This document shows, one piece after another, positions 50,867-64,000 of a stretch of DNA of 64,000 bases (positions are counted from its first letter, which is position 1; each line of letters starts with the position of its first letter). The position numbers were made by a program, and so were the translations under genes. The DNA is from Leucoraja ocellata. Its lineage: Eukaryota. The stretch lies in contig JAWMAR010000471.1 in assembly GCA_036785375.1 (NCBI GenBank), forward strand, positions 372,001 to 436,000, in the 5' to 3' direction. The notes beneath the pieces were generated by a model. The model had not been told where the DNA came from. It did not search any database and worked only from the letters and a program-made list of their open reading frames with translations.

Positions 50867-50880
50867 CTGCCATCTGCTGG
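50867..50880 (-). promoter_or_regulatory. CTCF consensus core motif (second copy at 53971-53984)
   Basis: CCAGCAGATGGCAG matches CCASYAGRKGGCRS at all 14 positions. Confidence 0.6.
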
Positions 50881-53336
50881 AAAGCGCCAATATTTCACCG
50901 GGCGTCCATATATTCTGTTCTGTGCAATTTACAATAATTCGTCCTTGAGGTCGATCAAAACATTAGGCTATCCGAACACAGATAAAAACATAACGGAGAC
51001 ATTGGGAATTATTTTATTGTGAGAATAATTTAACTTAACATGTTTGGCCATCATGTTTGGCGCCGTCATTGTATACGTGTGCGTGTGTGTGCGTGTGTGT
51101 GTGGGGGGGGGGGGGGGAGGGGGGGGGGGGGTCTATTCCCGATGATGCTGTTAAATGTTAAATGTAAATCCAGGACAAGGGGTCACAGCTTAAGGATAAA
51201 GGGGAAATCCTTTAAAACCGAGATGAGAAGAACTTTTTTCACACAGAGAGTGGTGAATCTCTGGAACGCTCTGCCACAGAGGGTAGTTGAGGCCAGTTCA
51301 TTGGCTATATTTTAAGAGGGAGTTAGATGTGGCCCTTGTGGCTAAGGGGATCAGGGGGTATGGAGAGAAGGCAGGTACGGGATACTGAGTTGGATGATCA
51401 GCCCATGATCATATTTAATGGCGGTGCAGGCTCGAAGGGCCGAATGGCCTACTCCTGCACCTAATTTCTATGTTTCTATGTTTCTATGTTACCGTGTTTC
51501 AAATGTTCATTATTAATCTTATAGAGGTGTATAAATTCATGAGATGAATAGATCGGGGGAGGTACACAGTCTCTTGCCCAGAGTAGCTGAATAGAGGACC
51601 AGAGGACGTAAGTTTAAGATGAAAGGGAAAATATTTAATAGGAATCTGAGGGACCTTTTCGCACAGAGGGATTGGGTTGGCCCGATAAGCTGGTATAACA
51701 TCATATCTCGTGGAACACCAATCGGAAGGCGCGAGTAATTCTGTCTGGAGCTTGTGTGACCTACCAAGCTGCCCCGGATGTACGTGCATGCTGATTTCAG
51801 AAGTTTCATAGAAACATAGAACATAGAAAATAGGTGCAGGAGTAGGCCCATTCGGCCCTTGGAGCCTGCACCGCCATTCGATATGATCATGGCTGATCAT
51901 CCAACTCAGTATCCCATCCCTGCCTTCTCTCCATACCCCCTGATTCCTTTAGCCACAAGGGCCACATCTAACTCCCTCTTAAATGTAGCCAATGAACTGG
52001 CCTGAACTACCTTCTGTGGCAGAGAATTCCACAGATTCACCACTTTCTGTTCATCTCATGACTGTATACACCTCTGTAAGATTAATAATGAACATTTGAA
52101 ACACATAACATCTGACATTTTCAGAAATTAAAATCGGTGGTGAATAGCAATCTTAAGAAAAATAGATAGACAGCTTATTTTTCAGATAGTAGGATCTCCA
52201 GCAAAAGGAAGGGAACCAGTATCGCCAGTTGACCCCCTTCGGGAATAATTGCTCTCTGTCTCCATTCTCATAAAGTGTCTGGTGACTGCTAAGCTGACTG
52301 TTTTTCTCATCACCATTGCAGGCTGAACTGCTGAGTTATTTTTTCTACTATTAGTTCATTTTTGTTTCGGAGCTCCAGCATTGTTGTATCGTTTGTATTC
52401 ATATTTACTGTGATGAATGGGTACATCCGGTCTCATTGCTGATTGGCTCACCGCAGAATGAACAAGAAGGAACCTATCAGAATCGAGCCACGTTGTTTTC
52501 CGATTCATCCTATCAGTTCTTCTTCGATTTGCCCAATCAAGTCCTTCGTACTTTGCTTACGCTGTGTATCTGATTCGTGACGTTCGAATGGGGGCGGCGC
52601 GCAGCTCATCGTGAGCGGTTCTTCCAAAAAACAACAGGACGGAGATGAAACCCATGGCACAGCTTCTGATATATTTATTTTCTAAGATGGAACCGGGAGA
52701 TAATTAACATAGAAAGGCAAACAATATAAATACTGGAAAACCTAAGTCAAATCAGAAATTGGTGCTAAAACAATGCAGAGTTGTATCGAGCTCAGGCTGT
52801 GGATCGATTAATTCATCCACTGAAAGATACAGAATGGAAACAGGCCCTTCGGCTCACCGAGTCCACGCTATGGATCTCCCGTTCACACTACGTCTATGTT
52901 ATTCCACTTTCGCATCCACTTTGTACATAGACGGGGCAATTTACAATAGTCAATTCATCTACAAACCTGCAGTGTGCGAGGTCACCGGGCAGCCGCAAGA
53001 AACGCAGACGGTCGCTGGGAGAACGTGCAAACTCCACATAGACAGCACCCGAGATCAGATTCTAACCTGGGACTCTGAGGGCCGAAGTGCCTATGTCCAT
53101 ACTGTAACTTAACTAAACTAAACTAAAACTAAACTACACTAAACTAAACTGAACTAAACTGAACTAAACTGAAACTAAACTAAACTAAACTAAACTAAAC
53201 TAAACTAAACTAAACTGAACTAAACAAAGACATTATTTTAAAACGAAAAGTACACAATTGATCCATAATTCTCAGATTTTGGTTCACGTTACATCCTATC
53301 GCAATCCAATTAAGTGAAATGGGGGCGGAATTCTTA

Positions 53337-53610
53337 AGTATTTGTAAGGGCGAACAAGGCATCAGACACACTGTGGGGCTCAGAGCACAGTGATACATCG
53401 CGGCGGTCGGAGTAAACCACTCCGGAGATTGCCAAGGAAATGGTTTTCCGATCCAGGTCCAAATCAGCAGAGAATCTGGGCGGGAAATCTGAAGACCGAC
53501 TTGCCCGTCCCTGCTGAATCTTTTCAGGTAAATATCGAGGCGCTTCCCCCGGTCGCTGGATGTACCAGAAGAGCGTGAAACCTGACGTGTAGGTTGAGGA
53601 GTAACTGCAG
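53337..53610 (-). pseudogene. TCR V gene segment V7, 5' part lost in the gap (V 53610-53376; 23-RSS 53375-53337); one frameshift
   Basis: CSYSSTYTSGFTLFWYIQRPGEAPRYL...RFSADLDLDRKTISLAISGVVYSD / AAMYHCALS; CACAGTG-23-ACAAATACT. Confidence 0.85.
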
Positions 53611-56047
53611 NNNNNNNNNNNNNNNNNNNNNNNNNNNNNNNNNNNNNNNNNNNNNNNNNNNNNNNNNNNNNNNNNNNNNNNNNNNNNNNNNNNNNNNNNN
53701 NNNNNNNNNNNNNNNNNNNNNNNNNNNNNNNNNNNNNNNNNNNNNNNNNNNNNNNNNNNNNNNNNNNNNNNNNNNNNNNNNNNNNNNNNNNNNNNNNNNN
53801 NNNNNNNNNNCCTTAACCACTCGGCCACCCTGGTATTCGGAAGTAAAGGCATTTATGTGCATAAATGCTGATTTTCAACTCGTTATTATTCGCGATTGGC
53901 CTGTGAGGAACGCAATATAAAACAGGTAAGGCGCGTCCCCCCCCCCCCCCCCCCCCAGACGAATGCACTACTGCCATCTGCTGGAAAGCGCCAATATTTC
54001 ACCGGGCGTCCATATATTCTGTTCTGTGCAATTTTACAATCAATCGTCCTTGAGGTCGATGAAAACATTCGGCTATCCGAACACAGAAAAAAACATAACG
54101 GAGACATTGGGAATTATTTTATTGTGAGAACAATTTAACTTAACATGTTTGGCGCCGTCATTGTATACGCGTGCGTGTGTGTGTGTGTGTTGGGGGGGGG
54201 GGGGGGGGGGGGGGGGGGTCTATTCCCGATGATGCTGTTAAATGTTATGTGTTTCAAATGTTCATTATTAATCTTATAGAGGTGTAGAAAGTCATGAGAT
54301 GAATAGATCGGGGAGGTACACAGTCTCATGCCCAGAGTAGGTGAATAGAGGACCAGAGGTCGTACATTTAAGATGAAGGGGAAATATTTAATAGGAATCT
54401 GAGGGGTAACCTTTTCGCACGGAGGGATTGGGTTGGCCTGATAAGCTGGTATAACATCATATCCCGTGGAACACCAATCGGAAGGCGCGAGTAATTCTGT
54501 CTGGAGTTTGTGTGACCTACCGAGCTGCCCCGGATGTACGTGCATGCTGATTTCCGAAGTTTCATAGAAACATAGAAACATAGAAAATAGGTGCAGGAGT
54601 AGGCCATTCGGCCCTTGGAGCCTGCACCGCCATTCGATATGATCATGGCTGATCATCCAACTCAGTATCCCATCCCTGCCTTCTCTCCATACCCCCTGAT
54701 TCCTTTAGCCACAAGGGCCACATCTAACTCCCTCTTAAATGTAGCCAATGAACTGGCCTCAACTACCTTCTGTGGCAGATAATTCCACAGATTCACCACT
54801 CTCTGTTCATCTCATGACTGTATACACCTCTGTAAGATTAATAATGAACATTTGAAACACATAACATCTGACATTTTCAGAAATTAAAATCGGTGGTGAA
54901 TAGCAATCTTAAGAAAAATAGACAGACAGCTTATTTTTCAGATAATAGGATCTCCAGCAAAAGGAAGGGAACCAGTACCGCCAGTTGACCCCCTTCGGGA
55001 ATAATTGCTCTCTGTCTCCGTTCTCATAAAGTGTCCGGTGACTGCTAAGCTGACTGTTTTTCTCATCATCATTGCCGGCTGAACTGCTGAGTTATTTTTC
55101 TACTATTAGTTCATTTTTGTTTCGGAGCTCCAGCATTGTGGTATCGTTTGTATTCATATTTAATGTGAGATGGGGTACATCCGGTCTCATTGCTGATTGG
55201 CTCACCGCAGAATGAACAAGAAGGAACCTATCAGAATCGAGCACGTTGTTTTCAGATTCATCCTATCAGTTCTTCTTCGATTTGCCCAATCATGTCCTTC
55301 GTACTTTGCTTACGCTGTGTATCTGATTCGTGACGTTCGAATGGGGGCGGCGCGCAGCTCATCGTGAGCGGTTCTTCCAAAAAACAACAGGACGGAGATG
55401 AAACCCATGGCACAGCTTCTGATATATTTAGTTTCTAAGATGGAACCGGGATATAATTAACATAGAAAGGCAAACAATATAAACACTGGAAAACCTAAGT
55501 TAAATCAGAAATTGGTGCAAAAACAATGCAGAGTTGTATCGAGCTCAGGCTGTGGATCGATTAATTCATCCACTGAAAGATACAGAATGGAAACAGGCCT
55601 TCGGCTCACCGAGTCCACGCTGGCTATGGATCTCCCGTTCACACTACGTCTATGTTATTCCACTTTCGCATCCACTTTGTACATAGTCGGGGCAATTTAC
55701 AATAGTCAATTCATCTACAAACCTGCAGTGTGCGAGGTCACCGGGCAGCCGCAAGAAACGCAGACGGTCGCTGGGAGAACGTGCAAACTCCACATAGACA
55801 GCACCCGAGATCAGATTCTAACCTGGGACTCTGAGGGCCGAAGTGCCTATGTCCATACTGTAACTTAACTAACTAAACTAAACTACACTAAACTAAATTG
55901 AACTAAACTGAACTAAACTAAACTAAACTGAACTAAACGAAGACATTATTTAAAACGAAAAGTACCCAATTGATCCATAATTCTCAGAGTTTGGTTCACG
56001 TTACATCCTATCGCAATCCAATTAAGTGAAATGGGGGCGGAGTTCTT

Positions 56048-56543
56048 AGTATTTGCAAGGGCGAACAAGGCATCAGACACACCGTGGGGCTCAGAGCACA
56101 GTGATACACCGCGGCGTCGGAGTAAACCACTCCGGAGATTGCCAAAGGAATGGTTTTCCGATCCAGGTCCAAATCAGCAGAGAATCTGGGCGGGAAATCT
56201 GAAGACCGACTTGCCCGTCCCTGCTGAATCTTTTCGGTAAATATCGAGGCGCTTCCCCCGGTCGCTGGATGTACCAGAAAAGCGTGAAACCTGACGTGTA
56301 GGTTGAGGAGTAACTGCAGCTGAGCGTTATTGTTTGCCCTTCCTGCGCCGTTAATTCAGATGGAAGCTGTGACACGGAATCTTCGCCAGCAGCCCCTGTA
56401 ATGAAAGGTAGAGTATTCGAAATGAAGTGAAATGAGCATATCGGACTTCTATTTCATTTCACGTTGACAATTCAAACAGAGACACACCAGGAAGCACAAT
56501 CATTATCAGCAGAAAAGGAACACGAGGAAGAACAGGAGCACAT
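56048..56543 (-). pseudogene. TCR V gene segment V8 (leader 56543-56488, V exon 56395-56087, 23-RSS 56086-56048); frameshifted as assembled
   Basis: GAAGEDSVSQLPSELTAQEGQTITLSCSYSSTYTSGFTLFWYIQRPG; one-base shifts in the leader and around CDR2; CACGGTG-23-GCAAATACT. Confidence 0.85.
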
Positions 56544-57218
56544 GATGTCTGCTTTACAGTTAGAATACAAATCGTAGGTTACTTCACTTCTTGGAAATGT
56601 TACACTTGCTTTCTTGCATTGCAGAATAAACTCAAAACTGAGGGAGAAGAAGGGCAGGGATTGGCTGGGTATTAACCACCGTCATACGGGGACCAATAGG
56701 AATAAATATTGTCAAATGATTGGGTGGTTGAATCCAATGTCAGTTCATTTCACGTCTCACTGAATATATTTGAGAAAATAACTAACGAATGAGCAAGGAG
56801 GGCCTAGTAAGCGCATACTATTTTGATTACTATATACGCATCACTGAGTTGGATGATCAGCCATGGTCATATTGAATGGCGGTGCAGGCTCGAAGGGCCG
56901 AATGGCCTACTCCTGCACCTATTTTCTATGTTTCTATGTTTCTATTTCGTTTGCAGGTGCGTGTAGTAATCATAACGAAACATACTTTTACGCTAGAATC
57001 GCAAGCGTTCTTATCGAGCAAGGCATTTTGTTTGTACGTGAAGGTGGTCTTTTTATGCTGAACGGGCAGAAATTTCATTCCCATGAGACTAATTGATTTC
57101 CCCATGAGAGCCCGTAAATGTTGGCTTGCGGATAAGAAGGTTGGTTCCTAGCGTAAAAGTATGTTCCGTTATGATTATAGCCGCTCAGCAGGGACGCGTA
57201 CCTTAGTCAGGCAGCAAT

Positions 57219-59376
57219 AGAAACATAGAAACATGGAAAATAGGTGCAGGAGGAGGCCATTCGGCCTTCGAGCCAGCACCGCCATTCATATGACCATGGC
57301 TGATCATCCCCTATCAATAACCCGCGCCTGCCTTCTCCCCGTATCCCTTGACTGCACTAGCCCTAGACCTCTATCTAACTCTCTGTTAAATCCATCCAGT
57401 GGCCTGGCCTCCACTGCCCTCTGTTGCAGGGAATTCCACAAATTCACAACTCTCTGGGTGAAAAAGTTTTTTTCTCACCGCAGTCTTAAATGACCTACCT
57501 TTATTCTAAGACTGTGGCCCCTGGTTCTGGACACGCCCAACAATGGGAACATTTTTCCTGCATCTAGCTTGGCCAGTCTTTTTATAATTGCATATGTTTC
57601 TATATGACCCCCCCCCCCCCCTCATCGTTCTAAACTCTATACAAGCTTAGACTTTTCAATCTTTCCTCATATGACAGTCCCGCCATCCCATGGATCAATC
57701 TCGCGAACCTCCGCTGCACTGCCTCAATCACAAGGATGCCTTCCTCAAATTAGGAGACCAAAACTGTACACAATACTCCAGATGTGGCCTTACTAGCACC
57801 CTATACAACTGCAGAAGAACCTCTTTACACCTATACTGAAATCCGCTTGATATGAAGGCCAACATTCCATTAGCTTTCTTCACTGCCTGCTGCACCTGCA
57901 CGCCATCTTTCAGTGATCGGTGTACAAGGACGCCCAGGTCTCACTGCACCTCCCCCTAACCCCATCTGCCCTCTTGTTTTTGCCGCCAAGTGGATAACCA
58001 CAGTTTTATCTATATTATTCTGAACCTGTCCAGGTCACCCTGCAACCTCCTAACATCCTCTTCACAGTTCATACTTCTACCCAGCTTTGTGTCATCCGCA
58101 AACTTGCTAGTGTTGCTCCTAATTCCCTCTTCCAAATCATTAATGTATATGGTAAACAGTTGCAGCCCCAAACCGAGCTTTGTGGCACTCCACTCGCCAC
58201 TGCCTGCCATTCCGAAAAAGACCCGTTCACTGCTACTCTTTGCTTCTGGTCTGCCAACCAATTTTCTATCCATGTCAACACCCTACCCCCAATACCATGT
58301 GCTCTAAGTCACCAGTCTCCCGTGCGGGACCTTATCAAAGGCGTTCTGAAAGTCTAGATACACTACATCCACTGGCACCCCTTCATCCATTTTGCTTGTC
58401 GCATCCTCAAAAAATTCCAGAAGGTTTGTCAAGCATGATTTCCCTTTCATAAATCCATGTTGACTTGGACTAATCCTTTTACTGCTATCCAAATGCCCCA
58501 TTATTACCTCTTTAATAATTGACTCCGACATCTTTCCCACCACCGCAGGCAGGCTAACTGGTCTGTAATTCTCCGTTTCTCTCTCGCTCCTTTCTTAAAA
58601 AGTGGGATAACATCAGCTATCCTCCAGTCCACAGGAACAGACCCTGAATCTATTGAACATCGGAAAATGATCACCAATGCACCACTATTTCTAGAGCCAC
58701 CTCCCTGAGGACCCTTGGATGCAGACCATCAGGCCCAGGGATTTATCATCCTTCAGTCCCATTAGCCTACCCAATACTATTTCTCGTCTAATGAAAATGT
58801 ATTTCAGTTCCTCTACCCCCTTAGATCCTCTGTCCTCCAGTACACATGGCAGGTTGTTTGTGTCTTCCTTAGCGAAGACAGATCCGAAGTACTTCTTCAA
58901 CTCTTCTGCCATTTCCTTGTTGCCCATGACAATTTCACCAGTGTCTGCTGTCAAGGGACCCACATTTGACTTTGCTACTCTTTTTCCCTTACTATATCTA
59001 AATAAGCTTTTACTGTCCTTATTTATATTCCTGGCCAGCTTCCATTCGTGCTTCATCTTTTCAGCCCGTATTGCCCGCTTTGTTTTTTTTTTCTGTTCTC
59101 CTATGAGTTTCCCAATCCTCTGGCTTCCGGCTGCTCTTTGCTGTGTTATACATCTTTTCTTTTAGTTTTATTCTACCCCTAACTTCTCTTGTCAGCCACG
59201 GTTGCCTCCTACTCCCTTAGAATCTTTCTTCCTTTTTGGAGTGAAATGATCCTGTGCCTTCCGGATTATGCCCAGAAATTCCTGCCATTGCTGTTCCACT
59301 GTCATTCCTGCTAGGATCCCTTTGCAGTCTACCTTGGCCAGCTCTCCTCTCATGCCTTCATGGTCACCTTTGTTCA
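57219..59376 (-). mobile_element. CR1 LINE, long decayed ORF2 fragment
   Basis: SQHGFMKGKSCLTNLLEFFE, VDVVYLDFQNAFDKVPH, SGVPQ, KFADDTKLG; TTTCTATG tail. Confidence 0.9.
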
Positions 59377-61456
59377 AATGACAAAACGTGAAAGACTTTA
59401 AACGGTGGAATCGGGCAGTGCGTACCTCTATATGGAAACATCTAAAAGGTGGGTGTTTTGCAGATGTAATACAAAATGTCAAAAGTTGCGATATGACGTG
59501 ACTCAGTAATTCCATGCGCGGGAAACGGCAAGACAATTGTTGCAAATTCTTCTCGATGGAGTTTCAGAGCGAGGTGGACTCCTCGAATATTCGGAACATT
59601 TTTCACGTGTCTAGGATGTCGAATCTCGGAGGAATTTTATATGTTTCTATAAGATCCCTTCTCATCCTTCTAAATTCCAGTGAATACAAGCTCGGTCGAC
59701 CCATCCTTTCCTCATATGCCAGGCCGTGCAGCTTCGGTCTGGTCTCTCCATCGCTTGATTCTATCGGGTTATCGCGGATATTTCACTAAGGTTTGAAACG
59801 TTCATCCTGTGCACATGTCGCTCGCGGAATGAAATAGGACACGTTATGTCTTCAACGTCAATGAATCAGTGTTTGTTAAAGAAGAATCCGGAAACTAACG
59901 ACCAGGAAGAAAAATAAGAACGCCAGTAAGTCAGACCAGACATGTTGTGCATGCAAATAAACAGTTCAGACGTTGCTAAGATAAAACAGAATATAAAATG
60001 TTGGGAATAGTTGAAAGTGCAGTTAATATTGCTTGAGAGAGAAACACTGTGTTGCGGATCCGAGGCCTCTAGACAGGAGGGAACATTAATTACAAAATCT
60101 ATAACAGAGTATCTTCTGTTTTTTTAAATTATTTTTTACACAGGGAGTGGTGAATCTGTGGAATTCTCCGCCACAAAACGTAGTTGAGGCCAGTTCATTG
60201 GCTATATTTTAAAAGGGAGTTAGATGTGGCCTTCGTGGCTAAAGGGATCAGGGGGTATGGAGAGAAGGCAGGTACAGGATACTGAGTTGGATGAACAGCC
60301 ATGATCATATTGAATGGCGGTGCAGGCTCGAAGAGCTGAATGGCCTACTCCTGCAACTATTTTCTATGTCTCTATGTTTCTATGGTAGCTAATAAGGTCT
60401 GGGCAACAGCAAGGGTTGTATGTCTTTTCCGCTTAGCTCAATTGAGGATTGCTCGGGATTGAAGCGGAAGTGACCTCACCCATCATGAAATGACACCAGA
60501 TTAAACCAGAGATTAAACCAGATCATTGTCCAATTAATTCCATTGGAATTATTCAGGGTCATGATTTACTGAGGTACATCTTCAGAGTCGCCTTATTTTT
60601 TTGCGTTGACCTTCTCCTCCGGCACATTGCTGCTCGCACAGACGTTCAAGTTCAAGTTCAAGTGAGTTTATTGCCATGTGTCCCTGATAGGACAATGAAA
60701 TTATTGCTTTACTTCAGCATAACAGAATATAGTAGGCATTTATTACAAAACAGATCAACGTGTCCATATCTATATTACTAAAACTCTGTTCTTGACCGGT
60801 TTTGGCCATCTGTGCTGCGATTTCCGAGAGTACGCCGCCACCTACGGCCATCATTTCTGGCCACCTTGCTCAGAGCTCCCCTCCCGCCGTATGTGTGCTG
60901 AGGATTTTTCCGTCGATGAAAATTAACAGAGACATTAATGTTTTTACAAAATTCACCATTCTCTCTGCTGCCCCCGCGGAGGCAAGGGAAGGCACTATAA
61001 AACCAAGACTTGGTGTGCCTCAATTAGTCTCTTCAAGCTGGAGATCTGTCAATTAGTCTCTGTCACTCTGAGCTCTGAATGACTGAACAAATGTCTACAG
61101 CACTGTGAGTACCCTTAATTTGGTTTGAAAATGAAAATATAGTTAGTTTGAAGTAAAAAAGCGCAGCCTGCAAATGTTATTTGGGTTGAATTTAAAAGNN
61201 NNNNNNNNNNNNNNNNNNNNNNNNNNNNNNNNNNNNNNNNNNNNNNNNNNNNNNNNNNNNNNNNNNNNNNNNNNNNNNNNNNNNNNNNNNNNNNNNNNNN
61301 NNNNNNNNNNNNNNNNNNNNNNNNNNNNNNNNNNNNNNNNNNNNNNNNNNNNNNNNNNNNNNNNNNNNNNNNNNNNNNNNNNNNNNNNNNNNNNNNNNNN
61401 NNNNNNNNNNNNNNNNNNNNNNNNNNNNNNNNNNNNNNNNNNNNNNNNNNNNNNNN

Positions 61457-62520
61457 CTCCCCTCTCCTCCCTCCCCCTCTCCTCTCTCCCTTCTCCTCTC
61501 CCCCCCTCTCCTCTCACCACCCTCTCCTATCTCCTCTCCTCTCTCCCAACTCTCCTCTCTTCTCCTCCCCCTCTCTCCTCTCCCCCCTCCTCCTCCTCTC
61601 TCCCGCCCCCCTCTCCTCTCTCCCCCCTCTCTCCTCTCCCCCTCTCTCCACTGCCCCCTCTCCTCTCCCCCCTCTCCCCCGCTCTCCCCCCTCTCCACCC
61701 CCCTCTTCTCTCCCCCCCTTCCCTCCCCCTCTCTCCCCCTCTCCTCTACCCCTCCCTCTCTCCCCCCCTCTCCTCTCCCCCACTCTCCACTCCCCCACTA
61801 TCCTCTCCCCCTCTCATCTCCCTCCTCTCCTCTCCCCCTTTCTCCTCTCCTCCCTCTCCCTCTACCCCCTCTCCTCTCCCCCCTCTCCTCCCCCCACTCT
61901 CCTCTCCCCCTCTCTCTCTCCCCTCTTTTTCCTCCCTCCATCCCCTCCCCCACCGTCCATCCCCTAAACCTCCCTCCCCTCCACACACCCCTACCCCCTT
62001 CCCTCCACCCTCCCTCCCCTCCCTGCTCCCCACCTATCTCCCTCCCCTCATCTCACCCCCTCTCAGCACACCCTCTGTCTCCCCCTCCCCCTCCCCCCAT
62101 CCACCCTCTCTCCACCCCTCCCTCCTCCCCCATCCCTACCCCCTCACCCCTCTCTCCCCCCGTCTCCCTCCCTCTCTCTCTCCCTCCTCCCCTCAATACC
62201 GTCCACCACCCCCTCCCTCCCCTAAACCCCCTCCCCTCGACACCCCTACCCTCGTCCCTCCATCCTCCCCCCTCCCTCCCCCTCCCTGCTCACCACCTCT
62301 CCCCCTCACCCCCTCTCGGCACCCCCTCTCTCTCCCCCTCACTCTCACCCTCTCTCTCTCCTCCCCTCCTCCCCCACCTTTCCCCCTCACCCACCCTCCT
62401 TCGTATCCTCCTCCCCACCCCCCCTATCCCTCTTGCCCCTCTCTCTGTGTCTCTGACTCTCCCCCTGTCTCTGCCCCTTCTCTTTCTGCACTCACTCTCT
62501 ATCCCCGCCCTCCCCTCTCT
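61457..62520. repeat. CT-rich low-complexity tract next to an assembly gap
   Basis: About 1 kb almost entirely C/T with irregular units. Confidence 0.9.
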
Positions 62521-64000
62521 AGATGTGACTGGCAAGTTGGGGGCTATGCGTCAGTAGATAGGGTGGTTATGGGGTAAAGGAGCAAATAAATAATATTAAT
62601 ATAATATCAATGGGGGTAATTAGCGTGAGTGCGGGCGGGGGGGGGGGCGGGGGATAGTTAGTGTGTGACGCTGTATGCCGCCTCCCAACGGGTTTGCACT
62701 TGGTCTAGTACCATTATATAAATATATATGTACAGACGTTCTTGAGTCCGTGGGCCTTTCCACGCATGCGGTTGCCGGCCACAAATGCAATAGGTTGCTT
62801 GGGGGGGGAAGTATCCAGTTGCATTCGCGTACTACGAGGTGAAGAACCATGGTGATAATAATTCACTTGCTGTTACTGTCGATGCACTGTGAGTATTGCT
62901 ATCTATACTCCAATACCCGTGCCTCATAACTAACATTCCGACGCGGTGAACGAAGGAATGGCATTACGTTTCGAAATAGGGATGGCGTGTGACTTGGAGG
63001 GCAACGCCCAGCAGATGGTATTCGCAATACTTTTGCTGCCATTGTCCTGTGAGCTCTGGTGGTGGATTTTTAAGATGCTGTTTGAGTAGTCAAACCGAGG
63101 ATAGAGAGCAGGCCGCCTTTGCCTAAGCACTCAATTGCCATACATTCAACCTCCCTTCCCATTCACTTACTGATCTTTCTGTCATGAGCCTCCTCTACTG
63201 TGAGAATGTGGCCTCTAATTCGAGTAACAGCAACGCCTTTATTCGCTCGGGCAGCTTACCACCCTGTGGTATGAATATCGATGTGTCTAATTTCAAGTAA
63301 CCATTGCATTCCCTCTCTCTCCCTCCCTCCACCATTCTCATAGAAAATAGGTGCAGGAGTAGGCCATTCAGCCCTTCGAACCTGCACCGCCATTCAATAT
63401 GATCATGGCTGATCATCCAACTCAGTATCCTCTACCTGCCTTCTCTCCATACCCCCCTGATCCCTTTAGTCACAAGGGCCACATCTAACTATCTCTTAAA
63501 TATAGCCAATGAACTGGCTTCAACTACCTCTGGTCGTCTTGCTAGCTTCACTATTTGTATCACCTTTATTATGACCTCCGACCACAGCTAACAATGGATC
63601 ATTGTGAGGTCTACGATTCGAATACATCCTTCGGACCATTGAACACTTGTGATTTTTTTGTCACGAATTCAGCAGTATAGAAGTTGGGATGTAATGTTAA
63701 ATTTGTACAAGGCCATGGTGAGGTCAATTCTGGAGTATGGTGTACAATTTTGGTCGCCCAATTATAGGAAGGATGTCAACAAAATAGAGAGAGTACAAAG
63801 GAGATTTACTAGAATTTTGCCTGGGTTTCAGCAACTAAGTTACAGAGAAAGGTTGAGTAAGTTAGGTCTTTATTCTTTGGAGCACAGAAGGTTAATGGGG
63901 GTCTTGATAGAGATCTTTAAAATAATGAGAAGGATAGACAGAGCTGACGTGGATAAGCGTTTCCCATTGAGAGTAGGGAAGATTCAAACACGAGGACATG

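Larger units (their letters stand above)
50703..56320. repeat. Near-identical tandem duplication: unit A 50703-53610, unit B 53811-56320, separated by an N gap
   Basis: Collinear tRNA end, CTCF site, CR1 pieces, SINE, (CTAAA)n and V exon; unit A carries an extra CR1 piece of about 330 bp. Confidence 0.9.

Noticed and set aside
61174-62577. 467-aa Pro/Ser/Leu-rich ORF
   Set aside because: Translation of an N gap plus CT-rich low-complexity sequence
62740-62900. CACAGTG (minus strand) near 62886 with faint FR3-like words
   Set aside because: No nonamer at 12 or 23 nt and no coherent V or J reading frame
1-64000. Prokaryotic-type systems (CRISPR arrays, operons) or TCR/Ig constant exons
   Set aside because: The short repeats are microsatellite tails of LINEs and SINEs without unique spacers; no C1-set exon was recognised

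Overview
Eukaryotic genomic DNA from a cartilaginous fish (probably a skate or ray; inferred from the HE1-type SINEs, CR1/L2/Rex1/Penelope repeats, a GPR139-like gene and a NAR-type V domain). It is part of the V-gene region of a T-cell receptor alpha/delta locus. (1) 1-26 kb: tandem array of five closely related TCR V genes, each with a leader exon, V exon and 23-RSS. Four are intact on +; one is inverted and frameshifted. The array also holds two orphan promoter+leader copies and an inverted, truncated V relic behind every V. (2) 28.1-31.8 kb: a complete NAR-TCR-type cassette, made of leader, IgNAR-like V (extra FR1 Cys, 22/24-bp RSS), a long J with a 12-RSS, and a leaderless supporting TCR-delta V (extra CDR1 Cys, 23-RSS), all splice-compatible in frame. 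Unusually, no D segment is recognisable between V and J. (3) 39-43 kb: a two-exon GPR139-like class A GPCR gene inside the V region. (4) 45.9-56.5 kb: three minus-strand V genes with single-base frameshifts; two of them lie in a ~3-kb duplicated unit that also carries a degenerate tRNA-Leu(TAA) and a CTCF-consensus site. The rest is transposon-derived, with several N gaps and a noisy CT-rich tract. No constant exons or conventional D/J clusters are present. All homology calls are from motif recognition by eye, not database searches.
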